Shown one piece after another: positions 37,514 through 47,114 of a stretch of 64,000 bases of DNA. The notes beneath the pieces are model-generated. The model was not told where the DNA came from and searched no databases. It saw only the letters and a list, made by a program, of their open reading frames with translations. A program made the translations under genes and the position numbers. The stretch's first letter is position 1. The number at the start of each line of letters is the position of its first letter. Source of the DNA: Deltaproteobacteria bacterium (GTDB lineage: Bacteria; Desulfobacterota; GWC2-55-46); the NCBI GenBank assembly GCA_016219115.1, contig JACRCH010000016.1:22294-86293 (forward strand), read 5' to 3'.

Positions 37514-38707
37514 ATGCGCCTTCAGAGATGGATAATCATGTTTTTGATAGCGTCCGCCGTCGTGCTGGCGATAGTCTACGGGTTCATGCCCGGGGCCGTG
37601 CCAGCCGATGTCGCAAAAGTTGCGCGCGGGGTCCTGCGGGTCACGGTGGAAGAGGAGGGAAGGACGCGGGTGGTGGAGAGGTTCGTCGTGTCGGCTCCCG
37701 TGGCCGGGTACATGCGCAGGCTTAAACTCGACGTCGGCGATCCCGTAAAAAAGGGACAGACCGTGGCCGAGCTTGAGCCCCTGAGGTCTGCCGTGCTTGA
37801 CCCCAGGAGCCGCGCCGCCGCGGAGGCCGCGGTGCGTTCGGCCGCGGCGGCGTTGAAATCAGCTCAGGAGAACGCCCGCGCAAGCGTCGCCGACGCTGAG
37901 TTCGCGGTGGCAAGGCTTGAGAGGACGAGGAAGCTCTATGAGGGCGGTTTTGTCCCGAAAAACACGATGGACCAGGTGGAGAGCGAGGCGAAACGCTTGG
38001 AGGCCGCGCGCCTGGCCTACGAGGCTTCCGAAAAGACAGCGCTCCATGAGCTTGAAAAGGCCCGTACCGCCCTCGGGTACTCCGCAGCCGAGGGTTCAAA
38101 GGACCATGGCCGGGTGGTGGCCGTGCGCGCGCCCGTCAAGGGAAGGGTCCTCAAGGTACATCACGAGAGCGCCGGGGTGGTAAACCCCGGAGAACCCCTT
38201 GTCGACATAGGGGACCCCGGGAGACTCGAGGTCAAGGTGGAGGTCTTGAGCGCGGACGCGGTCAAGATATCTCCGGGCACCACGGTGCTCTTCGAACGCT
38301 GGGGAGACGAGGGGGCGCTGACCGGCAGGGTGAGGGTTGTGGAGCCGGCCGGGTTCACGAAGATATCGAGTCTGGGGGTGGAGGAGCAGAGGGTGAATGT
38401 CATAGCCGACATCACTTCGCAGGCTGAGAGCCTGCAGAGGATGGGTGACGGATTCAAGGCGGACGCGCGCTTTGTCATCTGGGAGGGTAAAGGCGTGCTG
38501 CAGGTACCGGCAAGCTCGCTTTTCCGCAGACGCGATGCCTGGGCCGTATTCGTGGTCGGAAACGGCCGGGCGCGCGAACAAAAGGTGGAAGTCGGACACT
38601 CCAACGGGCTTGCCGCCGAGATACTTTCAGGGGTCGCCGAGGGTGAGACTGTCGTCACCCGCCCCGACGACTCGATACGGGACGGCACCCGCGTTACCCC
38701 GAGGTGA
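37514..38707 (+). CDS. efflux transporter periplasmic adaptor subunit (HlyD/MFP family)
   Basis: An N-terminal TM anchor, then biotinyl-lipoyl-like motifs (APVAGYMRRLKLDVGDPVKKGQTVAEL), a long coiled-coil region, a beta-barrel and an MP domain. Confidence 0.8.
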   Translation: MRLQRWIIMFLIASAVVLAIVYGFMPGAVPADVAKVARGVLRVTVEEEGRTRVVERFVVSAPVAGYMRRLKLDVGDPVKKGQTVAELEPLRSAVLDPRSRAAAEAAVRSAAAALKSAQENARASVADAEFAVARLERTRKLYEGGFVPKNTMDQVESEAKRLEAARLAYEASEKTALHELEKARTALGYSAAEGSKDHGRVVAVRAPVKGRVLKVHHESAGVVNPGEPLVDIGDPGRLEVKVEVLSADAVKISPGTTVLFERWGDEGALTGRVRVVEPAGFTKISSLGVEEQRVNVIADITSQAESLQRMGDGFKADARFVIWEGKGVLQVPASSLFRRRDAWAVFVVGNGRAREQKVEVGHSNGLAAEILSGVAEGETVVTRPDDSIRDGTRVTPR

Positions 38708-38877
38708 CGAGGCTCAGGCAAGAAGATGGTTTCTTCCCGGCGTAGATAAGCAGACGCCTTGTTTTACGGGTATAATTGCGGGTAGTTTTTCATAAGCCGG
38801 CTAAAACGTAAACATTTGACAAAACTTCTGCTATACTGTCAACAAGTAAAAAAAATAATATTTTGGGGGTATGTAAA

Positions 38878-39132
38878 ATGAACCTGCAAGAAGAGATCTC
38901 GAAAGTGGCTTATGAGCTCTATCAAAAAAGCGGCAAAATAGGCAGGGACCTGGAAAACTGGCTTGAGGCCGAAAAGATCGTTATGGCAAAATACGCCAAA
39001 AAAGAGGCGGCCGCCGCGAAACAGATAGAAGATGTGGCCGGGGCCGCGGCGCAAAAGGTCAAAAAAGCGGTGAAAGAAACGGTAGCAGGCATAAAGACAG
39101 CCGCGAAAAAGAGCCTGTCAAAGAGTAAATAA
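38878..39132 (+). CDS. DUF2934-like small protein with Lys/Ala-rich tail
   Basis: EISKVAYELYQKSGKIGRDLENWLEAEKIV matches the DUF2934 core (Y..G...G.D...W..AE). Confidence 0.45.
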   Translation: MNLQEEISKVAYELYQKSGKIGRDLENWLEAEKIVMAKYAKKEAAAAKQIEDVAGAAAQKVKKAVKETVAGIKTAAKKSLSKSK

Positions 39133-39691
39133 CAGACAGTCTTAAAAGACTTGCAGCGTAAGTATCTTCCTGAGCCCCCGTTCGGCCCGCGTTGCCAGTT
39201 TGAGACCCATGAAAAGTCCTTTTTTCCGTCATTGCGGGCGTGACGCCGCAATCCCGTTTTAAGGAAATCAGACGCCTGGAGATTGCCTCGTCGCTTACGC
39301 CCCTCGCAATGGCTACAAAAACAGGGTTTTTCAGCGTTCTCAAGTTGCGCCATCCTTGAGCGTCCGGGTTTTTTCAATGACCTCATCAGCGACCCTTTGC
39401 CGCACCCATCCGGTGAGGGCTCAAGGGTCTGTCTTTTTGACGGTCCGCCGCGCACCCGCGCCGGGGTCGAGTTCTGGCAATGGAATAACAGTATAAAAAG
39501 CACTTGGCTTGAGTCAGCCGGGTGCTTTTTTGTTTTTTGACCCTCCCGCAAGGCTTTCGTTCCATGGTTTTTGGCCTTCAGGGCGCTTTCCCTGCCTTGA
39601 CAAAATCCAAACAGGTGCTATCCTGCAATATATACGGCCCCGCATAGCTCAAGGGGCGTTCTTCACTCTACATAATCTAACCCTTTCATAT

Positions 39692-39898
39692 TTCCTCCGG
39701 GTTGAATGGGTGTGCCACTCCGCAATCCCGTCGCTTTAGCGGCGGGTCAAGGCTGGCAAATGCAAATGATCTTCCATACCATCAAAATTCTACGTCATTT
39801 ATGGCGGAGAATTTTAATTAAGCGCGGCTTGCCGCGTATATAAAAACAGATTTTCCAACGGAAACCCCGCTAGCCTTGCTAGCGGGGTGGTTCATAGC
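39692..39898 (+). repeat. R3 MITE-like element copy ending in an R1 hairpin
   Basis: About 90% identical to 9860-10065. Confidence 0.75.
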
Positions 39899-39996
39899 AT
39901 TAAAACATCCTATCTTTAACATCGTATGACGGGATACGAGGTCTTCGTCTTTTTTCAGCCCTTCTGAGGTCTTTTCTAAAGCAAAGGGGGAAAGCC

Positions 39997-41145
39997 ATGA
40001 AGTCAGGGTCAGGGCCGTTCAAAGGTTTCCCGGTAGAAAGAGAAGAGAAGAAAGCCGAGAACGATTTTTTCAAGCTCCTTGAACTGAAAGGCATATCGAG
40101 GAGAAGTTTTTTAAAGTACTGCGCCTCCACGGCCGCCCTTTTAGGTCTATCCGGCCTCCATGCGCCCATGATAGCCGAAGCCATCGAGAAGATGGCAAAA
40201 CGCCCGTCCGTAGTATGGCTCTGCTTCATGGAATGCCTCGGCTGCACCGAGTCCTTCGCCAACGCCACATACCCCGAGATAGACAAACTCATACTCGAGA
40301 TGATAAGCCTCGAGTACCACGAGGCCCTGATGGCCGCCGCCGGAGAGCGGGCCCATGAGAACCTCTGGAACGCCGTCAAGGAAGGCGGATACCTCTGCAT
40401 CGTCGAAGGCGCGGTGGCCACGAAGATCCCGAGCGCCATGACCGTAGGCGGCATGACCTCTATCGAGATAATGGAGAAGGTCGGCAGGAAGGCCAAAGCC
40501 GTGATAGCCGTAGGCACGTGCGCCACCCACGGGGGCACGCAGGGCGCCTCCCCTAACCCGACCGGGGCCGTGGGGATAGTCGAATTTTTCAAGACGAAGT
40601 CCATCGCTACACCTGTCATCAACCTCACGGGCTGTCCGGTGAACCCCGAAAATATCATCTCTACGGTACTCCATGTGCTGCTCCTCAACAAGCTCCCGGA
40701 GCTCGATGCTTACCAGAGGCCCTTGGAGCTGTACGGCCAGACTATCCACGACAACTGCCCGAGAAGGGCGCACTTCGACGAGGGACGCTTTGTGGAGGTC
40801 CTCGGGAGCAAGGAAGAATCCCTCGGGTACTGTCTCTACAAGGTAGGGTGCAGGGGCCCCCAGACCTACGCAAACTGCCCGAAGGTCCTCTGGAACAACC
40901 GCCAGAACTGGTGCATAGGCGTGGCCCCGTGCATCGGATGTTTTGAGCCGTACTTCTGGGACAGGTTCAGGGACTTCTATAAACCCCTGCCCGATGTGAA
41001 GCTCCCGGGCGTCACCACGAGCGCGGATAAGATAGGCATGGGCATAGCCGCGGCTACGGCCGCAGGGGTCGGGGCGCACCTCATCGGAAAGGCCCTCAAG
41101 GGAAAGAAGAAGGAGGGGGACTCCGAAGGGGAGGAGAAGAAGTAG
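39997..41145 (+). CDS. [NiFe]/[NiFeSe] hydrogenase small subunit with Tat signal peptide
   Basis: A twin-arginine motif (SRRSFLKYCASTAALLGL), the N-terminal Cys cluster (CFMECLGCTES) and further Cys motifs (GTCATHGG, CPVNPE, CPRRAHFDEG, CLYKVGCRGP, CPKVLW, CIGCFEP). Confidence 0.9.
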   Translation: MKSGSGPFKGFPVEREEKKAENDFFKLLELKGISRRSFLKYCASTAALLGLSGLHAPMIAEAIEKMAKRPSVVWLCFMECLGCTESFANATYPEIDKLILEMISLEYHEALMAAAGERAHENLWNAVKEGGYLCIVEGAVATKIPSAMTVGGMTSIEIMEKVGRKAKAVIAVGTCATHGGTQGASPNPTGAVGIVEFFKTKSIATPVINLTGCPVNPENIISTVLHVLLLNKLPELDAYQRPLELYGQTIHDNCPRRAHFDEGRFVEVLGSKEESLGYCLYKVGCRGPQTYANCPKVLWNNRQNWCIGVAPCIGCFEPYFWDRFRDFYKPLPDVKLPGVTTSADKIGMGIAAATAAGVGAHLIGKALKGKKKEGDSEGEEKK

Positions 41146-41206
41146 TAGGTATTTGAAGGCAAGAAGTCCTTTGAACCGGGGATTGCTTGCGCTCGTACCT
41201 TATAAG

Positions 41207-41345
41207 GCGTTTATGAGACACCCCGGAGCTTGGCTACCGGGGTGTCTCATAAAACCTACTCTCCCTTGAGGGGAGGGTGAAATGACCGGATGGTCAAAGA
41301 CTATTTTCACCCCCCTGCCCGCCTTCTTTCAGGGGGAGGGTTATG
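41207..41345. repeat. R1 hairpin plus partial R2 unit inside the hydrogenase operon spacer
   Basis: GACACCCCGGAGCTTGGCTACCGGGGTGTCTCAT followed by CTCCCTTGAGGGGAGGGTGAAA...TTTCACCCCCCTGCC...CAGGGGGAGGG. Confidence 0.6.
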
Positions 41346-41516
41346 TATGGACAAGCTACATGGAATTCCCGGATCGAAGAACCCCGCCATGAATGACGGG
41401 GGTTCTTCACGGTAAGGTGATTGTCATTTTTACAGCCCGCCTTGCCCCGCTTATAAAGCGGCGGGATCGCGGCGGGTACCCGTTCAATATCACATGACAA
41501 AAAGGAGTGTGAGGCG

Positions 41517-43136
41517 ATGGGGCAAAGGATAGTAATAGACCCGATAACGAGGATCGAGGGCCATCTGAGGATAGAGGTCGAGATAGCGGGCGGCAAAGTA
41601 ACAAACGCCTGGAATACGACCACGCTTTTCAGGGGCTACGAGATAATACTGCAGGGCAGGGACCCCAGGGACGCCTGGCACTTCTCCCACAGGATCTGCG
41701 GCATATGCCCCACGTCGCACGGACACACGGCCTCGATGAGTCTCGAGGATTCCTTCAAAGTAAAGCCGCCGGACAACGCGAGGATCATCAGGAACCTGAT
41801 GGAGGCCGCCCAGATAGGATACGACCACATACTCTGGTTCTATATCCTGAACGGCTTCGACTATGTCGATGTGGTCAGCGCCCTGAAGGCCAGGCCGAAA
41901 TCGCCGTCATTGAAGAAAGTCCAGGAGAGGATAAAGGCCTACGTTGACAGCGGGCAGCTCGGATTCCTCGGTAACGCCTACTGGGGCGCCCCCGAATACA
42001 AGCTCCCTCCGGAATTAAACCTCGAGCTTGTGGCGCACTACCTCGAATCGATCAAGGTGAAATCGCTGGCCACCGAAGCCGCGGCGGTATTCGGCGGCAA
42101 GTTCCCTTATGTGATGAGCACCCCTCCGGGAGGCGTGACCTGCGTGCCGACGCTCACGATGATAGCCGACTATCAGGACAAGATGAACAAGGTCAGGGCA
42201 TTCGTGGACGATACGGTCATCCCGGACCTGCTGGCGATAGCGCCGTACTACCTCTATCTTAAGGACTACGGGCCGGGGCACAAAAACTATCTCTCGATGG
42301 GCGTGCTCGACAGTAAGAGTCAGGACCCGTACGAGAGGCTCTTCCCCAGGGGCGCCATATTCTCGGACGCGCTGAAAATAGAGAAGGTGGACCTCCTCAA
42401 GGATATCGAGGAGTATGTCGGCCACAGCTGGTACACGGACCAGAGCGGCGGCGGCAGAAACCCCATGAACGGCGTGACGGAGCCGAAGTTTACCGGGCAG
42501 GAAGGGATAAAGGAGATAGACCACGAAGGCAAGTACGACTGGACAAAGGCCGTAAGGTTCAGGGGCAAGCCCATGGAGGGCGGCCCGCTGGCGCAGATGC
42601 TCACGGCGTACCTTGCCGGCAGGCCCCAGGCCAAAAAGCTCGTCGACGGTCTCCTCTCGGCCGTGGGCGCCCCTGGCAAGCTCAATATACTCCACTCCAT
42701 CCTCGGAAGGGTGGCTGCCAGGGTCTTAAAGCTCAAGATGACACTCGATGAGGTGGACGGCTGGGTCAACGAGCTTGTGGCCAACATCAAGGGCGGCGAC
42801 ATGCGTTTTTACACGCCTTACGAGATACCGGATTCGGCCAGCGGGGTAGCCGGGTGGGACGCCCCGAGGGGCTGCATAACCGACTACAATGTGATAGAGG
42901 GCGGGAAGCTCAAGCTCTGGCAGGCAGTACCGGCGTCGAACTGGAACTTCTCGCCGAGGGACGACAAGGGGGTAAGGGGGCCCGCCGAGGAGGCCCTGAT
43001 AGGAGTGCCGGTCCAGGACCCGAAGAAGCCGCTCGAGGTCTTGCGATTGATACACTCCTTCGACCCCTGAATGGCCTGCGCGGTTCACGTGATTGAACCG
43101 GAGACAAACGAGATACTCAAGTTCAGGGTAAGATGA
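41517..43136 (+). CDS. [NiFeSe] hydrogenase large subunit; selenocysteine encoded by in-frame TGA at 43068-43070
   Basis: The N-terminal Ni-binding motif RICGICPTSHGH is present. The annotated ORF stops at a TGA located exactly where the first Cys of the C-terminal DPCxxCxxH motif should be; read-through gives DP-U-MACAVHV-IEPETNEILKFRVR before the real stop at 43134-43136. A hairpin follows 11 nt later. Confidence 0.8.
43081..43100 (+). promoter_or_regulatory. SECIS-like hairpin downstream of the UGA
   Basis: CGGTTCA-CGTGAT-TGAACCG forms a 7-bp stem with a 6-nt loop, starting 11 nt 3' of the TGA. Confidence 0.5.
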
Positions 43137-43150
43137 CTCCCTGAGTGACT

Positions 43151-43362
43151 TTTAATCACAAAATTCCCTGTAGCTTGCCGCAGGGTTTCCTTGTAAAATC
43201 CTCCCCCTTTATGGTGACGGGGGAGGGGGGGGGTGAAAAAATGTTTTCACCCTCCCCGCTTCCCGTTGTATCGGAAGAGCGCAACGGGAGCCCAGCCCTC
43301 CCATCAAGGGAGGGCTGGGCTTAAGGAGATACCCCGCTGGCAAGGCTAGCGGGGTGGTTCAT
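43151..43362. repeat. composite intergenic repeat (leader + R2 + R1) between the large-subunit and cytochrome b genes
   Basis: TTTTAATCACAAAATTCCCTGTAGCTTGCC...GGGGGAGGGGGGGGTGAAAAAATGTTTTCACCCTCCCCGCTTCCCGTTGTATCGGAAGAGCGCAACGGGAGCCCAGCCCTCCC...GATACCCCGCTGGCAAGGCTAGCGGGGTGGTTCAT. Confidence 0.75.
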
Positions 43363-43411
43363 GGGTAAGGACAAAGGCCGGTAAGCTCCTGACGGCTATA
43401 CCCGAAAGGGG

Positions 43412-44002
43412 GTGCTCACGATGGGAGAACGGTACTTGAGGCATGATTTTTTTGAGAGGGCCGTCCATTGGGTGATGGCCCTCTCGGTAATACTGCTCAT
43501 CCCGAGCGGCCTTGACATCCGCTTTCCGGGCCTCATCCCCTGGGGCTTCGGTACGATGAACTCGGCCCGGTTCATCCACTTCGTCTCGATGTACGCGCTC
43601 ATATTCTCGTGGCTGGCGTACACCATTCATCTCATCGTTGATGAGTTCAAAACGGAGATAATCCGCTGGAGCGACATAAAGGGGCTGCCGGAGATGGTGA
43701 GGCACTATCTCTTCCTCACGGAGAAGCGCCCGGCCTATCCAAAGTACAACCCCTTGCAGAAGCTTGCTTTCAATATCGTATGGGTTATGATACTCATACA
43801 GGCCGCGACCGGTGCCATGCTCTACTGGCCCGCCCTGACCATGGGGATAACGAGCTACTTCGGGGGCCTGATGGCCGTGAGGGTCCTCCATGATTTCATG
43901 ACATATATCTTCATTTCCTTTATAATAATCCACATATACCTTGTATTAAGCTCGGATATAAGAAATCTGTGGGCCATGATCAACGGTTACTCGTACAGAT
44001 GA
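43412..44002 (+). CDS. Ni/Fe-hydrogenase b-type cytochrome subunit (HyaC/HupC-like)
   Basis: 196 aa, four TM helices with conserved His residues (HWVMA, HFVSMY, HDFMTYIFISFIIIHIY). Its position after the large subunit supports the call. Confidence 0.7.
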   Translation: MLTMGERYLRHDFFERAVHWVMALSVILLIPSGLDIRFPGLIPWGFGTMNSARFIHFVSMYALIFSWLAYTIHLIVDEFKTEIIRWSDIKGLPEMVRHYLFLTEKRPAYPKYNPLQKLAFNIVWVMILIQAATGAMLYWPALTMGITSYFGGLMAVRVLHDFMTYIFISFIIIHIYLVLSSDIRNLWAMINGYSYR

Positions 44003-44174
44003 TCTTTTGAGGAACGGGGTCCGGCCTTTTGGCAGCGTCGGAGAAACTATGGACGGATTGCCAAATTGCGAGACTAAAAAAGTCGAGCAATTTGTAAGAT
44101 TTGGACGAATTCATTTCGGCCAAATCGTGGTTGAAAAAGCCAGGGAGGGACTTTTTTAACATCCTGCTAGATAA

Positions 44175-44681
44175 ATGGCTAAAGCGAAGAAGGACAAGAG
44201 ATATCTGGTGCTCGGGGTAGGCAACATCCTCTTAAAAGACGAGGGCCTCGGCGTAAGGGCCATTGAGTACATCCGGGAAAGATACTCGGTCCCGGAATCC
44301 GTCAGCGTCGTCGACGGCGGGACCGGGGGCTTGAACCTTTTATCCCTCATAAGGGACTTCGACCACATAATCATCGTCGACGCCGTAGCCCCGAGGACCA
44401 CTCCCGGCGCTCTCTACAGAATACCCGGCAAGATGCTGCCCAAGAGTCCGCCTCTCATGACCACGGCGCACCAGCTCGGCGTCAGTGACATGCTGGCCAT
44501 AGCGGACCTCGAAGGCTACGACCCGGATGTCGTCGTTATAGGGATGGAACCCAAGGAGATCTCCGTCAGCCTGGAGCTGTCAAGCGTCATAAGGGAGAAG
44601 CTCCCGGAGGTAGCCGAGATGGTGGCTAAAGAGCTTGAGGGGTTCGGGGTCGTCCTGAGGGAGAGAAGCGGGCGTGCATGA
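44175..44681 (+). CDS. hydrogenase maturation endopeptidase (HyaD/HybD family)
   Basis: YLVLGVGNILLKDEGLGVRAIEYI...VVDGGTGGLNLL...IIIVDAV matches the HybD family. Confidence 0.85.
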   Translation: MAKAKKDKRYLVLGVGNILLKDEGLGVRAIEYIRERYSVPESVSVVDGGTGGLNLLSLIRDFDHIIIVDAVAPRTTPGALYRIPGKMLPKSPPLMTTAHQLGVSDMLAIADLEGYDPDVVVIGMEPKEISVSLELSSVIREKLPEVAEMVAKELEGFGVVLRERSGRA

Positions 44682-45015
44682 GATGTCGATCACTATGAGC
44701 ATGATGGAGATAGTCAAGGAGCAGATGATTAAACACGGCGTCAAGGACCTCAAAAGGCTCAAGGTCCGGGTCGGGGAACTGACGGCCGTGGAGCCTGAGG
44801 CCTTGCAGTTCTGTTTCGAGGTATACGTGAAGGGCACGCCTATGGAAGGGGCCGCCCTCGAGATAGAAGAAGCGCCGTTGATGGGAAGGTGCGTTGATTG
44901 CGATGAGGAGTTCCGGATGGAGTACTTCCTGCAAGCATGCCCCAGGTGCGAAGGCGGCGCGGTAACGAAAACAACGGGCCACGAGCTCGACATAGTGTCC
45001 ATGGAGGCGGAGTAA
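44674..45015 (+). CDS. hypA: hydrogenase nickel incorporation protein HypA
   Basis: MHEMSI N-terminus and C-terminal zinc-finger pairs (CVDCDEEF ... CPRCEGG). 113 aa. Confidence 0.85.
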   Translation: MHEMSITMSMMEIVKEQMIKHGVKDLKRLKVRVGELTAVEPEALQFCFEVYVKGTPMEGAALEIEEAPLMGRCVDCDEEFRMEYFLQACPRCEGGAVTKTTGHELDIVSMEAE

Positions 45016-45018
45016 GAT

Positions 45019-45693
45019 ATGCACGACATCCTGATAGAAGAAGGCGTCCTGGCGAAGAACGACGGGATAGCCGGGGAGAACAGGGAGATGCTCCGCGGCA
45101 GGGGGATATACTCCATTAACATGGTAAGCTCGCCGGGCTCGGGTAAGACCTCGATAATAGAAAAGACGGCCGGGCTTCTTGACGGGCTCTTGAGGCTCGC
45201 GGTGATAGAGGGCGACATCGAGACCGACCTCGACGCTGAGAGGATAAGGAGGCACGGCGTCCCGGCAAAGCAGATAACTACGGGGAGGGCATGCCACCTT
45301 GACGCACACCATGTGCACCACGCGCTCCCGTGGCTCTTTGAGCAGGACGGGATAAGGCTTCTTATAATAGAGAATGTCGGCAACATGGTCTGCCCCGCCG
45401 AGTACGACCTCGGCGAAGAGATGAAGGTAGCGGTTATGAGCGTTGCCGAGGGGGACGACAAGCCGCTTAAGTACCCGGCCCTCTTCAGCGCCTCGCAGGC
45501 GCTCATCATAAACAAGACGGACCTCCTGCCCTACACGGACTTCAACATGCACAGGGCGAGGGAGAACGCATTGCGGATAAACCCGGAGTTAAAGGTTTTT
45601 GAGACCTCGTGCACGAAGGGGACGGGGCTTCAGGAGTGGTGCGGGTTTCTTCTCAGTTCCGCCGGAGCGGCGGCAAAGGCGCCGGTGAAATAA
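45019..45693 (+). CDS. hypB: hydrogenase nickel incorporation GTPase HypB
   Basis: P-loop (SSPGSGKTS), a CH motif (GRACHLDAHHV), ENVGNMVCP and NKTDL. Confidence 0.9.
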   Translation: MHDILIEEGVLAKNDGIAGENREMLRGRGIYSINMVSSPGSGKTSIIEKTAGLLDGLLRLAVIEGDIETDLDAERIRRHGVPAKQITTGRACHLDAHHVHHALPWLFEQDGIRLLIIENVGNMVCPAEYDLGEEMKVAVMSVAEGDDKPLKYPALFSASQALIINKTDLLPYTDFNMHRARENALRINPELKVFETSCTKGTGLQEWCGFLLSSAGAAAKAPVK

Positions 45694-45818
45694 AAGCGGC
45701 CGCCTGCGGATGGAAGGAAGGGAACGGGGGCGGCCCGGCGCCGGGGGCGGAAATAAAAGAGTACAAGGAGAGGGCCGGCGGCGCATTCCAAGCGGCGTTT
45801 AAGGCTGCGTATAAAACC

Positions 45819-47114
45819 ATGTGTCTGACCATACCGGCGAAAGTCATAGCGATCGATAATCCGGTGCCGGGCTTTCCGGTAGCGAACATCACCGTCGAGG
45901 ACTCAAAGGGCAGGAAGGAAATAAAATCCCTGTGGCTGCCGGAGCTCAAGGTCGGCGACTGGGTGCTCTATGCCTACGACACGGCGATACGCAAGGTAAG
46001 CGAGGAGGACGCCAGAGAGATACTGGAGCTGCTCGAGCCCAAAAAGCATATCGACATATCCGCTTTGGACACCGGCTTCCTCGAAGTCCTGAAGGGCCAT
46101 TCCACGGGTAATCTCTCAAGGGACGGGATAGTGAGGCTTTTGAAGACCGAAGACCCCTTGGAGATGGAGACCCTCTTTGCCGAGGCCAATACCGTAAGGC
46201 AGGCTTCCTTGAGGGATTTTTTCTGTATCCACGGGATAATGGAGTTCTCGAACCACTGCGCCATGAACTGCTTCTACTGCGGCTTGAGGAGAGACTCCGC
46301 TGACGTGGTTCGCTACAGGATGACCCCGGATGAGATAGTGGGCGCGGTCGAAGACGCCGTCAACAGGCGCGGGTACAAGCTCATAGTGCTGCAGTCAGGC
46401 GATGACTTCCATTATACCGACATCAAGCTCGTGGAGATAATCAGGAGGATAAAAAAGTCCTCCAAGGTCTTTATCTTCATGAGCGTGGGGGAGCGCAGTA
46501 TCGAGTGCTACCGGAGGATGAAGGCTGCCGGGGCCAGCGGCGTGCTCTTCCGCTTCGAGACGTCCAACCGGGAGATCTACAACCTGATACATCCGGGCCA
46601 GTCATATGACCGGAGGATGGAGCTGTTGAAGGGGATGAAAGAGCTCGGTTACTACATAGCCTCAGGTTTTCTCATCGGCCTGCCGGGCCAGACGGCGGAA
46701 GACATCGCCGATGACATACTCGCCATGAAGGCGCTGAAAGTCAACATGGCCTCCATAGGCCCCTTCATCCCGTGCGCCTCGACTCCCCTGGCGACGCATC
46801 AGGCCGGGAGCGCGGAAATGACCCTGAAGGTGACCGCTGTCCTGAGGCTGCTGATGCCAAGGGCGAAGATCCCGGTCACGACAGCCCTTGAAACCATTGA
46901 GAGCGAAGAGGGCAGGAGGCTCGGGCTCTCCTCCGGGGCGAATTCGCTCATGTTCAACCTCACGCCCGAGAGATACAGGGGCGACTACAGGATATATCCG
47001 AACAAGTACCACGGCAAGGAGGAGGTCTGGGAGAAGTACGGTCTCTTTAACGAAGAACTCAGCTACAGGATGCTCGAGAAGAAGATGTTCGAGGCCTTCG
47101 AGGTGCTGAAATGA
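45819..47114 (+). CDS. HypC-like chaperone domain fused in-frame to a HydE-like radical SAM enzyme
   Basis: N-terminus: MCLTIPAKVIAIDN...KVGDWVLYAYDTAI...EDAREILELLE matches the HypC/HupF signature (MC[LI]..P, KVGD[WY]VL). It continues without a stop into LSRDGIVRLLKTEDPLEMETLF...IMEFSNHCAMNCFYCGLRRDSADVVRYRMTPDEI...IVLQSGDD...GPFIP, matching HydE (CxxxCxYCGLRRDN, VLQSGED). The start is placed at the Met of MCLTIP (coordinate derived from ORF-track residue count, about +/-3 nt). The 70 codons upstream in the track overlap hypB. Confidence 0.65.
   Translation: MCLTIPAKVIAIDNPVPGFPVANITVEDSKGRKEIKSLWLPELKVGDWVLYAYDTAIRKVSEEDAREILELLEPKKHIDISALDTGFLEVLKGHSTGNLSRDGIVRLLKTEDPLEMETLFAEANTVRQASLRDFFCIHGIMEFSNHCAMNCFYCGLRRDSADVVRYRMTPDEIVGAVEDAVNRRGYKLIVLQSGDDFHYTDIKLVEIIRRIKKSSKVFIFMSVGERSIECYRRMKAAGASGVLFRFETSNREIYNLIHPGQSYDRRMELLKGMKELGYYIASGFLIGLPGQTAEDIADDILAMKALKVNMASIGPFIPCASTPLATHQAGSAEMTLKVTAVLRLLMPRAKIPVTTALETIESEEGRRLGLSSGANSLMFNLTPERYRGDYRIYPNKYHGKEEVWEKYGLFNEELSYRMLEKKMFEAFEVLK

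Noticed and set aside
38922-39551. 209-aa minus-strand ORF downstream of the adaptor gene, and small ORFs 39059-39739
   Set aside because: It overlaps the DUF2934 gene on the opposite strand with no motif or RBS support. The region is probably intergenic, ahead of the R3 element.
41090-41145. Lys/Glu-rich C-terminal tail (GKKKEGDSEGEEKK) on the hydrogenase small subunit as a separate feature
   Set aside because: It is probably just a low-complexity tail, or a slightly late stop. There is no basis to assign function.
5995-43362. Possible CRISPR array, considered because of many short repeated hairpins
   Set aside because: The repeats are not arranged in regularly spaced tandem arrays with unique spacers. 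They are dispersed singly or as fixed composites in intergenic regions, and no cas genes are present.
45609-45818. First 70 codons of the HypC–HydE ORF as given in the ORF track
   Set aside because: They overlap the 3' end of hypB in another frame and are Gly/Ala/Lys-rich with no homology. The HypC signature begins at the Met of MCLTIP.
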